From: Octopus vulgaris
Taxonomy: Eukaryota
Reading direction: 5' to 3'
DNA length: 64,000 nucleotides
NCBI GenBank assembly: GCA_951406725.2
Contig: OX597815.1
Coordinates: 18,848,001-18,912,000, forward strand
A program made the translations under genes and the position numbers. The notes under the pieces are model-generated. The model worked only from the letters and a program-made list of their open reading frames with translations, did no database searches and was not told the DNA's origin. Shown piece after piece: positions 40,366 to 54,488 of this stretch (position 1 is the stretch's first letter; each line of letters starts with the position of its first letter).

Positions 40366-42486
40366 ATCTGTGAGTATTATTATTATTATACAGTTAAGTG
40401 CTTATACATGTAAAGAATAATGTATATGATTCTACCAGATATCAAGCCCCACCACCTTCCAGTTTAATATAGCTTAAAATATCTATAACAGAGAAATTAA
40501 GTCCAGCCGCCCGGGAAAAAATCTTATATATCTAGGTCTATGCTGATATCATGGAAGTAATTGTATTTGCTTTGCAAGAAAAAAAAACTGTTAAATTATT
40601 CATAAGATGTATCAGTATAAACTATTGACAGAAAAGTATAATAGGATGGAAGACAGGCTAACGGAAAAGGTATTTTTCTTTTAGAAAAATATGCTTTAAA
40701 AGTACAAGCTTCTCTAGATTCTCTCACATGTCCGCCTGGCTTTCTTGAAATAATGTTTCTTCTTGCTATTAAGGGAACGTAATTAGCAGTGTAGGTGATA
40801 GTTCCGAAAGAATTGTAGCCCAAACAAGGCCGCGTTAGCGAAAGTTCAGGAATCCGTTATGTTCTCCGATGACAAATATTTTCTATTATAGAACGAACGG
40901 CAGAATGTATGAAGTTTCTGAACGAAGAACTATACGGCATGCTTACATATCTAATAAATCCTGTATTTGTGTGCTTAGAAATCATTCTTCAGTACAATAT
41001 ACATATAATTCTTGTGACTCATTGTTTTAAGTTGAAAAGCTTAAATGATATATTTGAATTACTAAATACATGTAATATGTCGTGAAGTATATAAATTACG
41101 AGTCTGAATAAACATAAATATCGTAGATGGAAGAGAAATCGAAAATTCTGGGAGATGATTTCTTGTTTGAGGAATTTAGGAAGAAGAGTTGGTACTGAAA
41201 GTATATGAAAGAATGAGGATGAAAAAGTATAGTGGCGATACACTCACGAACTGGTTGTAAATAATGATAAGAAATATAAAGTGTGAGTAGCTGACTTACC
41301 CATGTGGTAAAACTTCCATTTTTCATTCTCATGGTTCGAAGTTCGATCCCACAGTAAATAAATTTGGGCATGTGCTTTCTAGTGCATTGAGAATGGAATT
41401 TGTTCGGGTTCAGTAAAATTGTATTTCACTCTTTGTTATTCGAGTATTATTTCTACCACCTTGTTTTGCATCTGTGTGCTTACTTCTCTGTTTGTGTGTT
41501 TGTGTGTAAAAGAGTGAAAATAATGTATCTTGGTAAATATAATATAGTCGCACGTTAGTCTGTAACGCTTACGTTGTACAAGGTAACAAATGCGTATTGC
41601 ATCTTGTTATTCTGTTCGTTTATGAGAAAATAAAGTGATTACCATTTCCTGATGCATTTATGGTTTGCCACTCTTCAGAAGATAAACACTAGTAACCATC
41701 CTTCTCCTTACAAAGATCAACTCTTATTTAAATTAGCTACAATCTTTATTTTCGGTTTTAGCCGTTGTCATGATTAAAACTTAATAAATATTTTATACAC
41801 TAACTGTAGGAAAATAGGAAACAGCTCAATACGCTTACACTTTAGAAAATCATACATATGAATAAATATTATTGTTCTCTTAGGACACAGAGAATATATA
41901 TAAATGTTGGCACAGAAATTTATACACCTTATGTTGTAATGGAATCACTTCATGATGTGCAACGTAGAATTTTCTGAGATGTACCTCTTCCACAGTTGGA
42001 AAAGGAAACCAGGTGATTGTAATCTAACTGCTGTTGATTGAATTTTTCGAATTGTAGAAACCATTCTAACTACTGTAAAAGTGAGACAAATACGATCATT
42101 TTCTGTCCGTTTGTAGAGACTAACATGTGATGGAGCACACTATTATTTGGTGAAAACTCACATTTTACTAAACAGCTTCTAGAATTACAAAATTTCTTAA
42201 CTGATTACAGAGAATATTGTTCGAACAGTTTAGCTATTCTTGATCTACGGTACTTCGAAATGTGCCATACTGTAGCAGTATCTTGAAATACAGGTATATA
42301 TTTGGCATGCATTTTATCAGACAGAAAGTAGCAGACTCAATTAGGTGGATGTAAAACTACTGAGCCTTACTGAGCTGAGAAGACTGCTTTGACGTATACC
42401 CCAAGTAATGTGGGTAAGGTGCTGAGAAGCAAATTATTGCTATTTTGAATATATTTCACCAGTTTACAGATACAGTATATATTTCA

Positions 42487-42863
42487 ATGGCCCAGTGGTT
42501 AGGGCAGCGGACTCGCGGCCGTAGGATCGCGGTTTCGATTCCCAGACCGGGCGTTGTGAGTGTTTATTGAGCGAAAACACATAAAAGCTCCACGAGGCTC
42601 CGACAGGGGATGGTGGTGATCCCTGCTGTACTCTTTCACCACAACTTTCTCTCACTCTTACGTCCTGTTTCTGTTGTACCTGTATTTCAAAGGGCTGGCC
42701 TTGTCACTCTCTGTGTCACGCCGAATATCCCCGAGAACTACGTTAAGGGTACACGTGTCTGTGGAGTGCTCAGCCACTTACACTTTAATTTCACGAGCAG
42801 GCTGTTCCGTTGATCGGATCAACCGGAACCCTCGTCGTCGCAACCGACGGAGTGCTTCCACCC
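42487..42863 (+). mobile_element. SINE family C, tail type 2
   Basis: Same head and body as the 12223 copy, then TTCACGAGCAGGCTGTTCCGTTGATCGGATCAACCGGAAC; ATATTTCA direct repeat at 42479 and 42864. Confidence 0.9.
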
Positions 42864-43430
42864 ATATTTCAGGTACTGTCTGAAACAGCTTCATTTTTAT
42901 ATCATCATAGACGTTACCTTGTACAATGAAATGAAGATTATAATTAATTTCAGTAGACAAAACATTTTATTAATCATTAAACTCTATGTGTTACAGAATG
43001 TCTATATTTATAAGATGTCTCTTCTAAATCAATGGAATAAAGCAATCATCACTGTAAGACCAAGACTGTTTCTATACACATAAACGATTATAATACTGGT
43101 GCCTGTATTTTAAGCATTACAAATTATACTAAGTGACATTGTCTCATTTCTAATTAAACAGAAAATTAGCAGATGCCTTATCACACGAAAACTGTTGCAA
43201 CTTCAAGCAATTATCGAAATGTATGTTTTGACAGTTTCATACAATATGGTCTTGTGCAATAGCCAGTTAAACACACAATTTCACGGTGTACATTTTAATG
43301 TGATATTAAATTATATTTTCAGCTGTCTAAATTGACATATGCAATATTTCAGCAAATTAGCAAAACATATAGACACAAACACGAACATGAAAACATATAC
43401 ATATACTCATGGGTATACATTAATATATTC

Positions 43431-43468
<38 letters not shown>

Positions 43469-43585
43469 ATGTGTGTATGTGTATGTATATATGTATGTGT
43501 GTGTGCGTGCGTGTGTGTATGTCTGTCTGTATTTGTATGTATATATATATATATATATAAATATATATGTATATATGTATGTATG

Positions 43586-43628
<43 letters not shown>

Positions 43629-44189
43629 GTATATATATATATATGTATGTATGTATGTATATATATATATGTATGTATGTATGTATGTATATATGTATGT
43701 ATATATGTATATATGCATACAAACATAAAAATACACGTCTCTATATCACACCTCCCTTCCACTACAGACTAGCTTATAAAAAGCTAGCCATTTTGTAAAT
43801 ATCTATCTACTTTAATGAAATGTGTGTATACATCTGGCACAATAACCTACAACATATAGACAGATTTATTGAAAACCAAGTCTGGATACAGCATAACTCA
43901 TACTTGACAAGGGAAAGTTATTCTGCATCCATCTTTTCACTCCCCCACGTTATACAGATAATGTACGATGGGACACGTATGCTACTTTACGATCTGCTAG
44001 AAGCTGTAGCCAAAGCTACCTCAACTCAGATTTCACTTTTAAAAAGCGGAATGACCAGCAGTCAGACATTGCAATAGTCGGTTAACGATGTTAGCAGGAA
44101 AGTGGGTAACGGAACGGCCGTAGATGGAAATCTTCGGGAAAAGATTCACTTGGCCGGGTCCCGATATTCATGTACACAACAGCAAAGGA

Positions 44190-44256
<67 letters not shown>

Positions 44257-44257
44257 G

Positions 44258-44288
<31 letters not shown>

Positions 44289-44309
44289 CGCTGCTAACTT
44301 ATGATGAAA

Positions 44310-45903
44310 TGATCCCAGCTTTCCAGAATTTCTCCATGTTCATTGCATTTTTTATCGTAATACTTCGAGTAGGAAGATGTTATGAAATCTGTCCTTGAAA
44401 TTGGGAATTGCATACGCTTAAATGGGAAGATATTCCAACAGTTCAGAAATTTTATTGAAGAACTAGAACTCGAAGATAAACCCAGTGATGTCTCTTTCTA
44501 CTTCATTGTGAGATGGCTGTCAACCAGCAATGTCTTAAGTTCGTTAATCTGCTGGAGCCCATTATTACTTTTCTGAAAGAAAATAAAAGATACTATCCTC
44601 AACTGGAGAATGATGAATGGATGCAAGTTCTGATGTTCCTTACTGATATAAGGAATCATCTACAAATTCTCAACTTGACATTTCAGATAAAGAATATGAT
44701 TGTTTCTGATCTTAGGCAATTTTCAGCTTTCAGAATAAAATAAGGGTTTTTCAAAGAGACGTATTGTCAAGAAACTCCAATCATTTTCCCAATCTCCGTA
44801 GGAGAGTAAATACATCCCCTGACATTGAAATAAACGACCACTGGAAGAGTACAAAGATACATTACAAGGACTGCTCGATAATTTTCTGGCCAGGTTTGAT
44901 GACTTACGGAAGCTGAAGCCCTGATTCGCCTTCCTTGTAAATCTATTTATGGCTGATGTGGTCAATGATGGATATTCAATTCTCGAACATCTGGTTATGG
45001 AATCATCTGCTGTGGAAATAAAAATAATGGAGGAGCTGGGTCTAAAGATGATCCATAAATCCTAGTCTGCAACAGAGTTCTGGAAGCAAGTTCCAGAAAT
45101 AAAATATCCTAAACTGAAGAAAACTAGTGTGCGACTCATTTCAATTTTCAGCACAGAATAGGAAACAATGTATTCTGTAATGAAGTTTGTGAAGTCGAAG
45201 CATCGTGCAATCCTTACAAACCAACACATGGCGGGGCTAATTTGTACAGCTTTGACAACATATCATCCAGATTTTCAACAACTCACAGCCAAGATGGAGA
45301 CACACAAGATGTCTGCTAGCAGTAAATAGCGGCTTTAATAGCCCGATATTTATAGCATTGTCTGTCTGTCATACAAATTTTATGATAACACTGTAATTTT
45401 GTAAGGTGATATGTGATTAAAATATCTCAAATTGTATTGGTTGGCTTTTTTAAAAAATAGTTTCCTCCATATTTTCACTAGATATTTACCAAGACATATA
45501 AATAACATAATTTTTGTTTCCTCTTTGGCGTTATTTTGGCAGTTTAATTTTATGTTACAGAAATGCAAATTCGCACATTTCACTTAGAAGTTCCCGTAGT
45601 TCATTACCGTATTAAATATGCTCAATATAGTTTAAGCAATAATCAGCCAAGATTTTGAAAACATTTGCTATATATATGTGTATGTTTTGATTACTGAAAC
45701 CAGTACGAATTAACAGTTTAAAAAACTGCATATATGAATAAATATTATTGCATACATGCATTTCTTAATATCTATATAAAGTTTTTGTAATTAAATGTGT
45801 ATGTAACAAAAACACATCGGTAAATTTTGTTCATGCTTCTGGCTCTCAAACATCTGGACTTTATCGAATATGGCTCTTGCATTAAGCAAGTTTGGCCACC
45901 CCT

Positions 45904-45904
<1 letters not shown>
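44310..45904 (+). mobile_element. hAT (Buster/SPIN/Charlie-like) transposon, 3' half, decayed
   Basis: HCI-like start, VRWLSTSNVL, LMFLTDI, FWKQVPEIKYPKLKK..LISIFST..SVMKFVKSKHRAILT dimerisation domain; right TIR GTTTGGCCACCCCT. Confidence 0.88.
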
Positions 45905-45934
<30 letters not shown>

Positions 45935-46112
45935 TACAAAATTATAATTGAAATATTAAAATTGAAATAACAATAAAATACCAATGGTAAAGTAAATTGC
46001 AAAAAAATAATAAAAACGTATATAATTATTTCATTTATTTTTGCAATTTACTTTATCATTGGGTCTTTTTTGTTATTTTAATTTTAATATTTCTATTATA
46101 TGTAATTTTGTA
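45935..46112. repeat. AT-rich inverted repeat (arms of about 75 bp) within (TA)n
   Basis: GAAATATTAAAATT..AAATAACA..CCAATGGTAAAGTAAATTGCAAAAA and its reverse complement at 46035-46112. Confidence 0.8.
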
Positions 46113-46268
46113 GATGGTCTAATTTAATTGTTCATTTTGAATTAATAAAAGGTATTTTTTTCTAATTTTTATATATATATATATTATATTGTGTGAAATT
46201 CGATTTAGTAATTCTAAATTGAAATTTTTTCCCTGTAAGTTAGGATTAATAATCCCCCAAATAATTAT

Positions 46269-46303
<35 letters not shown>

Positions 46304-46694
46304 TTGTGTGTGTTTGTATATGTGTGTCTTAAATAAAATGTGACAACATAACCAAGACTGTGAGGAATTTATAGGACATTTATACAAAGAAGGGTATACC
46401 ATATATATATCTATGGTATTTTCAAGATATGTGGATGTGTACCATCTTATAAGAGGTAGGCACATAGTATGATGTCGATTTTTAAGAGCTTAATTTACAA
46501 CTGATATTTCAACTGGTGCCGTTTGCTTCTTGTAGCTACGTTCAGCGTATTTACTACTCTTTCGTAGCCATAAGTACCGTTTGTGCGTTAATGTGACTGT
46601 GTATCTCTGTCTGTGTGTGTTTAGTTCCCACATGCGTATTACCCTTTTAATTTGCAAAGAAAAACATTTGGTGAATAAATCGTAATATAAAGGG

Positions 46695-46955
46695 GCATAA
46701 GTTTGTGGATTCGATTCTTGGACTGGTCAGCGAGTTTGTGTCCGGAAGCAAAGAATAATTTTTTATTTTGCTTTAGTAAACTCAACTGAAGATGAGGACT
46801 AGCCGACTGTTAGAGCAGCCCTTTATCCCTTTAACTGTCATATCCTCGATGTTTCTTTGGATCAAGGGAAGAAACGCTGAGAAAGTGTCTAAGTATACTC
46901 GTGACCGCAAGGATACTTAAAAACTATTAATGAAACAAAATGGAAGCTATCAGGT
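46695..46955 (+). mobile_element. Ancient SINE; second copy at ~58515-59080, split by a younger SINE
   Basis: Colinear blocks TTCGATT.TTGGAC, ACTCA.CTG, GATGTT.CTT.GG.TCAAGG..GA.ACGC in both copies. Confidence 0.55.
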
Positions 46956-47096
46956 GATACTCATTTGCAAAAAAAACTTGCAAAAAAAACTGGCTATCTT
47001 TGTTTAACTTTGAAATTACACATTATTGCAATTCTGAGTTTCATATGCATCCTCGTATTATTAACTCTATCAATATGCGTATGTATACATCCATTC

Positions 47097-47193
<97 letters not shown>

Positions 47194-47777
47194 TATGTAT
47201 GTATATATCCAGCGCACATGATAGACTGAATAAAAGAAACTGCGCATGTCCTCTCTTCACTGATGAGATTGATGCATTTGCATTATAATTTATGAAAAAT
47301 AAATAAATAAATGAATAAATAAAACGTTTGCCGAGTTTCTGAGGATTTCACAACTGAGTGTGCAATAATAGTGGAAATGTGAGATAGATTGACCTGAATA
47401 GAGTCTCTATGCCAAGTATTTAAGAAAAGCAGAGCAACGCGTACGCAAATTTAGAAACACGAGTGCTTGTGAGTTAACGGCTGTTGCGTGCTGGTCAGAT
47501 GGATATTCATTTGCCAGTCTCTAACATTCCACAGAAGGCTTTATATATCCCACAATTGATAGGAACCGGCATTTCGTTCACAGGGAAGGTAGAATAAATA
47601 TGTAGAATTATTTTTGTTCTATTGAATACCTCTTATTGTGGCATAATCCAAGATTCATTTTGAAGTGTGTGAGTCTGTCTATCTGTCTCTCTCTCTCTCT
47701 CCAAGATCTAGTAGGGTCAAAGAAAGATAGCCATGACCTTTCTGGTCATCTGATTTACATATATTTCAATAGCACGT

Positions 47778-47849
<72 letters not shown>

Positions 47850-49304
47850 ACACACTGACAGAATTGCATTCTCCCTTTTTGACATGCATTTAACAGGTTT
47901 TCTATTGAATCCAGAGATGAAAGGCAAACATGGCCCACAGCGGAATTTGAACACAGAACATAAAGAGACTTGACTAAACACCCCAGGTACTGATCCGCTT
48001 AGTTACAGTTTCTGCCACCCACCTCCGTGACACTACAAGCATGTTAACTTTTAAAATATGAAAACTAGAATGTCATTAGCTTGACCTCGAGATATTCAGT
48101 TCCCAAAAGCTCAATATTCCCGTTGAAATCACTCAATCTTTCTTGTTCTTAATGCCCTCTGTGTATTGTTACTGTTTTTACAGGCTGAAGTGGTTTGCAG
48201 CAAGGTGACCATGGAAACAGTATAAACTCCTACATGATTGTCATCTTTCTTTCATTGAACAGCCATCAACATTTCGTTAGTTAAAAACTCTACAGTGGCT
48301 TTAAGCGGCGGGACAGAATTATAATCTGCCATCGAACATACTTAAAAGTCAGTCCATTAACGCAGATGAAAAAGGCACCACGAGGCATAATGGGATTTGT
48401 AGGGAAATAGAATTCTCTTAAGTACGTGGGCACATGAGACGAGAAAATAATGCTAAAATAGTTAAATGTTCTTTCGAGAGATCACACGCGTTAAAATTTC
48501 CTGGTGGGTTGAGGCGACATAAATATTCCTTGATGTATCTGCAATTAATGAACCGGTAGAGAAGAGGAGGTGTATAAAGATGATGGCAATAAGGATTCAG
48601 TCTAAAGGTACTCCACTTAATTAACTTTCACAAATGAATCATGAAGACTATTACATCTAACATAAACAGGTGCATCCGCATAGTTCAAGAAACAAGAATG
48701 CAGAAGTTATTTTATTACATGTATACAGGCTCGGTCTGCTTTGGGGTGTTTGCTAAGCTATGATGTCGTTTAGGACTAGATTGGAAACTGCTAAAATAGA
48801 TCTTTGATGAACAACATTCTAACCATTATGACACACTGTTCTGTGTATCATGGACACTATCCATTGTGTTCTTCATTTCTTAAGACAATAGCGTGTGATT
48901 TTAAGGGAACTTAACTGTTATTTTTTTATAAGTCGAGCTATCATATAGAGGCTCTCCGCGATTATTCGGGGTTTTTTTTTTAGAGTAATCCATAGTTTTA
49001 TATGACAATACTGAATTTACATAGAGAAACGGTTAAAACCTCTCTCACAATCTATCCACTTTGATGTACCCAATCACTATGTACCTGGTGGTACAATGTG
49101 GTACATAGAGGCTCGCGTAGAATCAAAATTTCTTTAAAATGACAATAAGCTGCAAGCAGACAATAGTCTAAAAAGGGAATTACAGACATTATCGAAAATA
49201 TGGCATAAAAATACCTAAGAGACAATAGTAAATACTTCATGGGGCTGTGTGTCTCGTTTCATATTACAAATGTTATACGTACTAATTAGTTAATAAAATT
49301 GCTA

Positions 49305-49630
49305 TCTAATATAATAAATGCGAAAACTCATTTCTGTGTGTCGGTGTGTCACACTTTGACCCCCTCTTTCACTATTCAATGACACTTCATCGCGCTGGGT
49401 TGAGAGTAATAGTAGGCATAGAGACAGAGAGAGCGCGAGAGAAAGAAAGAAAAAGAGAAGGAGAGATAGAGACAAAGAAATTTAGGGAAAGTTGATGGTG
49501 TATTATTAAAAGTAGTAGTGCTGATGGGGGCAATGAGAATAATAAGGGGGTAGAGAGCAAGTGGGTATGTGAGAGAAAAAGGGAGGTGATGTACAACTTT
49601 CCTACACAGAAATAACTAAACGGGTAATGC
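49305..49630 (+). mobile_element. Probable Helitron-like non-autonomous element, truncated by the SINE array
   Basis: A|TCTAATATAATAAATGCG start followed by (TG)-rich sequence; ends CGGGTAATGC, half of a Helitron-type hairpin. No CTAG end seen. Confidence 0.4.
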
Positions 49631-49631
49631 A

Positions 49632-50570
49632 GAGAGCTGGCAGAAACGTTAGCACGTCGGGCGAAATGCTTAACGGTATTTCGTCTGTCGCTACGTTCTG
49701 AGTTCAAATTCCGCCGAGGTCGACTTTACCTTTCATCCTTTCGGGGTCGATTAAATAAGTACCAGTTACGCACTGGGGTCGCTATAATTGACTTAATCCC
49801 TTTATCTGTCCTTGTTTGTCCCCTCTATGTTTAGCCCCTTGTGGGTATTAAAGAAATAGGTATTTCGTCTGCCGTTACGTTCTGAGTTTAAATTCCACCG
49901 AGGTCGACTTTGCCTTTCATCCTTTCGGGGTCGATAAATTAAGTACCAGTTACGCACTGGGGTCGATGTAATCGACTTAATCCCTTTGTCTGTCCTTGTT
50001 TGTCCCCTCTGTGTTAGCCCCTTGTGGGTAGTAAAGGAATAGATATATCGTCTGCCGCTACGTTCTGAGTTCAAATTCCACCGAGGTCGACTTTGCCTTT
50101 TATCCTTTCGGGGTCGATAAATTAAGTACCAGTAACGCACTGGGATCGATGTAATCGACTTAATCCCTTTGTCTGTCCTTGTTTGTCCCTTCTATGTTTA
50201 GTCCCTTGTGGGTAATAAAGAAATAGGTATTTTGTCGCCAAAGGTCGACTTTGATCTTTCATCCTTTCGGGTCGATAAATTAAGTACCAGTTTCGCACTG
50301 GAGTAGATGTAATCGACTTAATCCATTTGTCTGTCCTTGTTTGTCCCCTCTGTGTTTAGCCCCTTGTGGATAGTAAAGAAGTAGGTATTTCGTCTGCCGT
50401 TACGTTCTGAGTTCAAATTCCGTCGAGGTCGATTTTGCCTTTCATCCTTTCAGGGTGGATAAACTAAGTACAACTTACGCACTGGGGTCGATGTAATCGA
50501 CTTAATCCTTTTGTCTGTCCTTGTTTGTCCCATCTATGTTTAACCTCTTCTGGGCAACAAAGAAATAAGA
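49632..50570 (+). mobile_element. SINE family B head-to-tail pentamer
   Basis: One head and five tails (~49855, 50040, 50225, 50383, 50567); unit 4 is shortened. Confidence 0.93.
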
Positions 50571-51349
50571 AATTCCTGAACCAACCACTGAACGCTATAT
50601 TTTTTGTTTTATTTTTTGCTTTCTTTTATACATATGTGTGTGTGTTTGTGTGCGTGTGTGTGTGTGTGTATGTGTGCGTGTGCACATACACACATACACA
50701 CACATATAAAACACACTTTAATTGAAATACAGTTTCCCAAAAATTAAATATCCACTATTCCTCATGATGGAGGGTGAGAGTAATAGTAGGCATAGAGGTG
50801 GTAGTAGATTGACGGTTGCGATGGTAATGGGGTGATAGTAATAGTATGAGCTATAGTTGTGATAGGCGGAGGCGACAGTGATGATTGTGGTGGTGGGGGT
50901 GGGGGTGGTCAGTCAGGGATGATGGTGATAGTAAGCGATGTGAAAGACAGTGTGATGGTGGTGGAGGGGAAGGCGGCGAAGTCAAAGGCATTGATGGTGG
51001 TGGCGTCAGAAGTCTAAATGGTGTGTGTATGGCAGCTGTGGTAACGACGGTAATGGTACTGGTGATGGTGATGGTTGAAAACAATCAAGAGAAAGAGAGA
51101 GACAGAAAAAAAGAGGTTAGACGGAAGAAGTAAACTGTACTGACCCTTGAATGGGAAGACAAAATATGTTGTTTATCATGCAGCTTTGCAATAAGTTCTA
51201 AGTCGACGAATTATATCATTGTTTTGATGAAAATTGTTCATTACTTGAAAAATATTGGTCAAGTTTGACAGAATTTGATAAGTACTCAATGCATGAAGAG
51301 CCCTCCTCAGGAGCTAGCTTAAAAGCCACCCGATAGGTCGGCTGTATTA

Positions 51350-51559
51350 GGCGGCGAACTGGCAGAATCGTTAGCACATCGGGCGAAATGCTTAGCTACG
51401 TTCTGAGTTCAAATTCCGCCGAGGTCGACTTTGCCTTTCATCCTTTCGGGGTCGATAAATAAAGTACCAGTTTCGCACTGGGGTCGATGTAATCGACTTA
51501 ATCCCTTTGTCCTTGTTTGTCCTTTCTATGTTTAGCCCCTTGTGGGCAATAAAGAAATA
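51350..51559 (+). mobile_element. SINE family B monomer with a small internal deletion
   Basis: GGCGGCGAACTGGCAGAA head to GGGCAATAAAGAAATA tail; short TGTATT flanking repeat. Confidence 0.9.
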
Positions 51560-52024
51560 TGTATTGAGTCTCACAAAAAAAGAGACTGTTATGTAAAAAC
51601 TCAAAATGGTTGATTCCTATCGTCTCTTAAAAAACAATGTGCAAGTGAAATTTCAATTGTAGAAACACGCTTATCTTTCCATAATCATCTGTTCTGTCTT
51701 GTAACATCCTTTTACAATAAAACCAAATGTTTTTTACATACGTCGAATTCCTTTACTAATTGATAGACACATCGCGGCAATTTGTAATTTCCATCAAAAG
51801 TGAAACCATAATTTTAAACAATTAAATTTCGAAAGTTGTTGAGATTGCTGGAGGTTCGTATTATCCGTTTCAGTCGAAACGATTGGTAAACTAAATTGAA
51901 ATTGAACGACAACCGATGAATTAAATTATGATTTTGTGAAGATTGTGTCTTCGTGTGCGTATTTCAATGCTTGCGGTTTTCACAATTGTTGATTTATTCA
52001 TTTACATAGGTGTATACAATTTCA

Positions 52025-52205
<181 letters not shown>

Positions 52206-52939
52206 TAGTAAAACATACAATCACTGGAATTTAAGAATAGAAGCAGAACCAGAAATCGAAACCACATTGCAAACTCGGTTCTTTTGTAAGCTATCTTAAT
52301 TGTTGTGAACTTCGTTGAATTGGGTTCCATTTCCCGCTAGAGCACTAACGAATGTAAAGTGGAGACGCAAACATATTTCTCAAACAAAGAAATTTTAGTC
52401 ACTGAAAATTACTCTTTTCCGAATAGGAAGAAGTCCATTTCTAAATGACAACTTCTGATCAAGATAGGCTGGGAAGACAACTCTGGATTTTGCAGTATGA
52501 TTAAATGCGAAATACAGTGAGAAGTAGAATTGCTCTTTGGCAAAGCAATGACAATCCTGATCATATTCCGGAATAATTAAACGTTGACAGCAATGCAGAG
52601 GTTAACCGGAATTTCAGAATGTCAGAATGGAGGCAACATAGAATCTTTTTAAGTGAAGCTATAGAGTGGCCTACATAAATGCATGCTTAAATAAGTCATG
52701 ATTATAGCAACAACAATTTCTTTCCCACCTATGTTCTTTAATTATGCCAAGAAAGAAATCAATATCAAAAAGCATCATAATTTGATTAATATGATTTACA
52801 CTGCATTCATAATCACCACCATTATGACAGTACACCTCAGAATCACCCGTATTTATGCTACCACTGTCACAATTATCATCATAACTATGAAGTTACAATA
52901 ATTTCTCTTCCTTTTCTTTAGCCTTGTAAATATAATTGA

Positions 52940-53323
52940 CTAGCAGTATCGCCCGGCGTTGCTCAGGTTTGTAAGGGAAATAACTATAAAGCATTTTTAG
53001 AGAGTTATAGCCAAAAAATAGCAAAAAAATGGGAAAAAAATGATGGTAAATTTTTTTTTTAGTTAAAAAAGGTCGAGTTGCGTCCCCTAGACAGTCTGTG
53101 GTTTGTGTTTCTGATTGTCGACCCCATGTCGAATTTATCGATTTTTTCCAGAACTGGGGGAACTTTTCAAAATTTTCGCTGCGTTAGTTTTGAATTATGA
53201 CATTGGGCTATGTGTGTGTCAAGTTTCATCAGAATCGGTTGAAAGCCGTGGTCAGAGTGAGGGTACAAGCAAACAGACACACAGAAACACACACAGACAA
53301 ACTGCCGTTTATATATAGAGAGA
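52940..53323 (-). mobile_element. Non-autonomous Helitron (copy H3)
   Basis: Minus strand A|TCTCTCTATATATAAACGGCAG start; 3' end ..GAGCAACGCCGGGCGATACTGCTAG|T shared with H1 and H2. Confidence 0.88.
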
Positions 53324-53664
53324 TGTAAGTATAATCAACATTATTTGTTTAGCTTCTTCAATATGTTTTTTTTTCTTTTGTGATCATTAATACAAAGACG
53401 CAGCAGGATTACCTTCAATCAGAGAATTTTAAATTGAATTAACATTTTGTCGATTTCTTTCATCTCAGCTGCCTCTTTCTTTCCATCGCAAGCTTTAAAA
53501 ATAACACGTGGCTGGTTTGTTCCTTCCCCTTTTCTTACCATCTCAAGTTCCTAATGTGTAAGTCTATGATTTTAGAAACCCATTTTATCAAAGTACCTAT
53601 GAAGAATTGGAATTTCTACAAATTCTGTTCGCATAATTATTACGCCAACAGCAATTGGTTGGTT

Positions 53665-54050
53665 TACTCTTTTACTCTTTTATTTGTTTCAGTCATTTAA
53701 CTGTGGCCATGCTGGAGCACCGCCTTTAGTCGAGCAAATCGACCCCAGGACTTATTCTTTGTAAGCCTAGTACTTATTCTATCGGTCTCTTTTGCCGAAC
53801 TGCTAAGTCACGGGGACGTAAACTCACCAGCATCGGTTGTCAAGCGATGTTTGGGGGATAAACACAGACACACAAACATATACACACACATACATATATA
53901 TATACATTTATACGACGGGCTTCTTTCAGTTTCCGTCTACCAAATCCACTCACAAGGCTTTGGTCGGCCAGAGGCTATAGTATAAGACACTTGCTCAAGG
54001 TGCCACGCAGTGGGACTGAACCCGGAACTGTGTGGTTCGTAAGCAAGCTA
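53665..54050 (-). mobile_element. SINE family A
   Basis: Reverse complement of the 6580 and 8790 copies. Confidence 0.92.
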
Positions 54051-54488
54051 CACTTTCTTTCATTTGCGTTATGTTTTTAATGGGATTCGCTTCTAGAGAA
54101 GAAAGTGTGTGAGAGGGAGAGAGGAGAGAGAGAGAAAGGAGAGAGGAGGATTGTGATTGAGAGAGAGGAGAAAGAGAGAAAAGCAAGAAAAGGGAGCAAA
54201 AGTATTGCGCGCGCACACGTACGAGTAAATGATATGAGTTGCTTGCGTGTGTCTGCGTGTGTTAGGTACTTAACACAGGTTGCTATAGTGAACAAATACT
54301 GACAGGAAGCCAGTGAGTACAAAACCGGTGTGTCACTTGACTGGTCAATGAAACGTGCTCGAATAGATCTCCGCCACATGTTTACCAGTGGGTGAATGTT
54401 TTGCAGCAGTGAATTCGGTTACAGGCATCTAAAGGCTATGACTTGGATTAAACTGAGCAACGGATTAAGTGTAGCACTTCTGATCTAA

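Noticed and set aside
40430-41260. Protein-like minus-strand fragments (ORF 40596-40823)
   Set aside because: No recognisable motif or splice structure; too weak to call.
48170-48210. Splice-like TTTTTACAG..AAG|GTGA pair suggesting a small exon
   Set aside because: Such motifs are frequent by chance, and no other exon supports a gene.
49632-50570. Regularly spaced repeats that superficially resemble a CRISPR array
   Set aside because: The units are ~180-bp SINE bodies with no unique spacers, there are no cas genes, and the context is eukaryotic.
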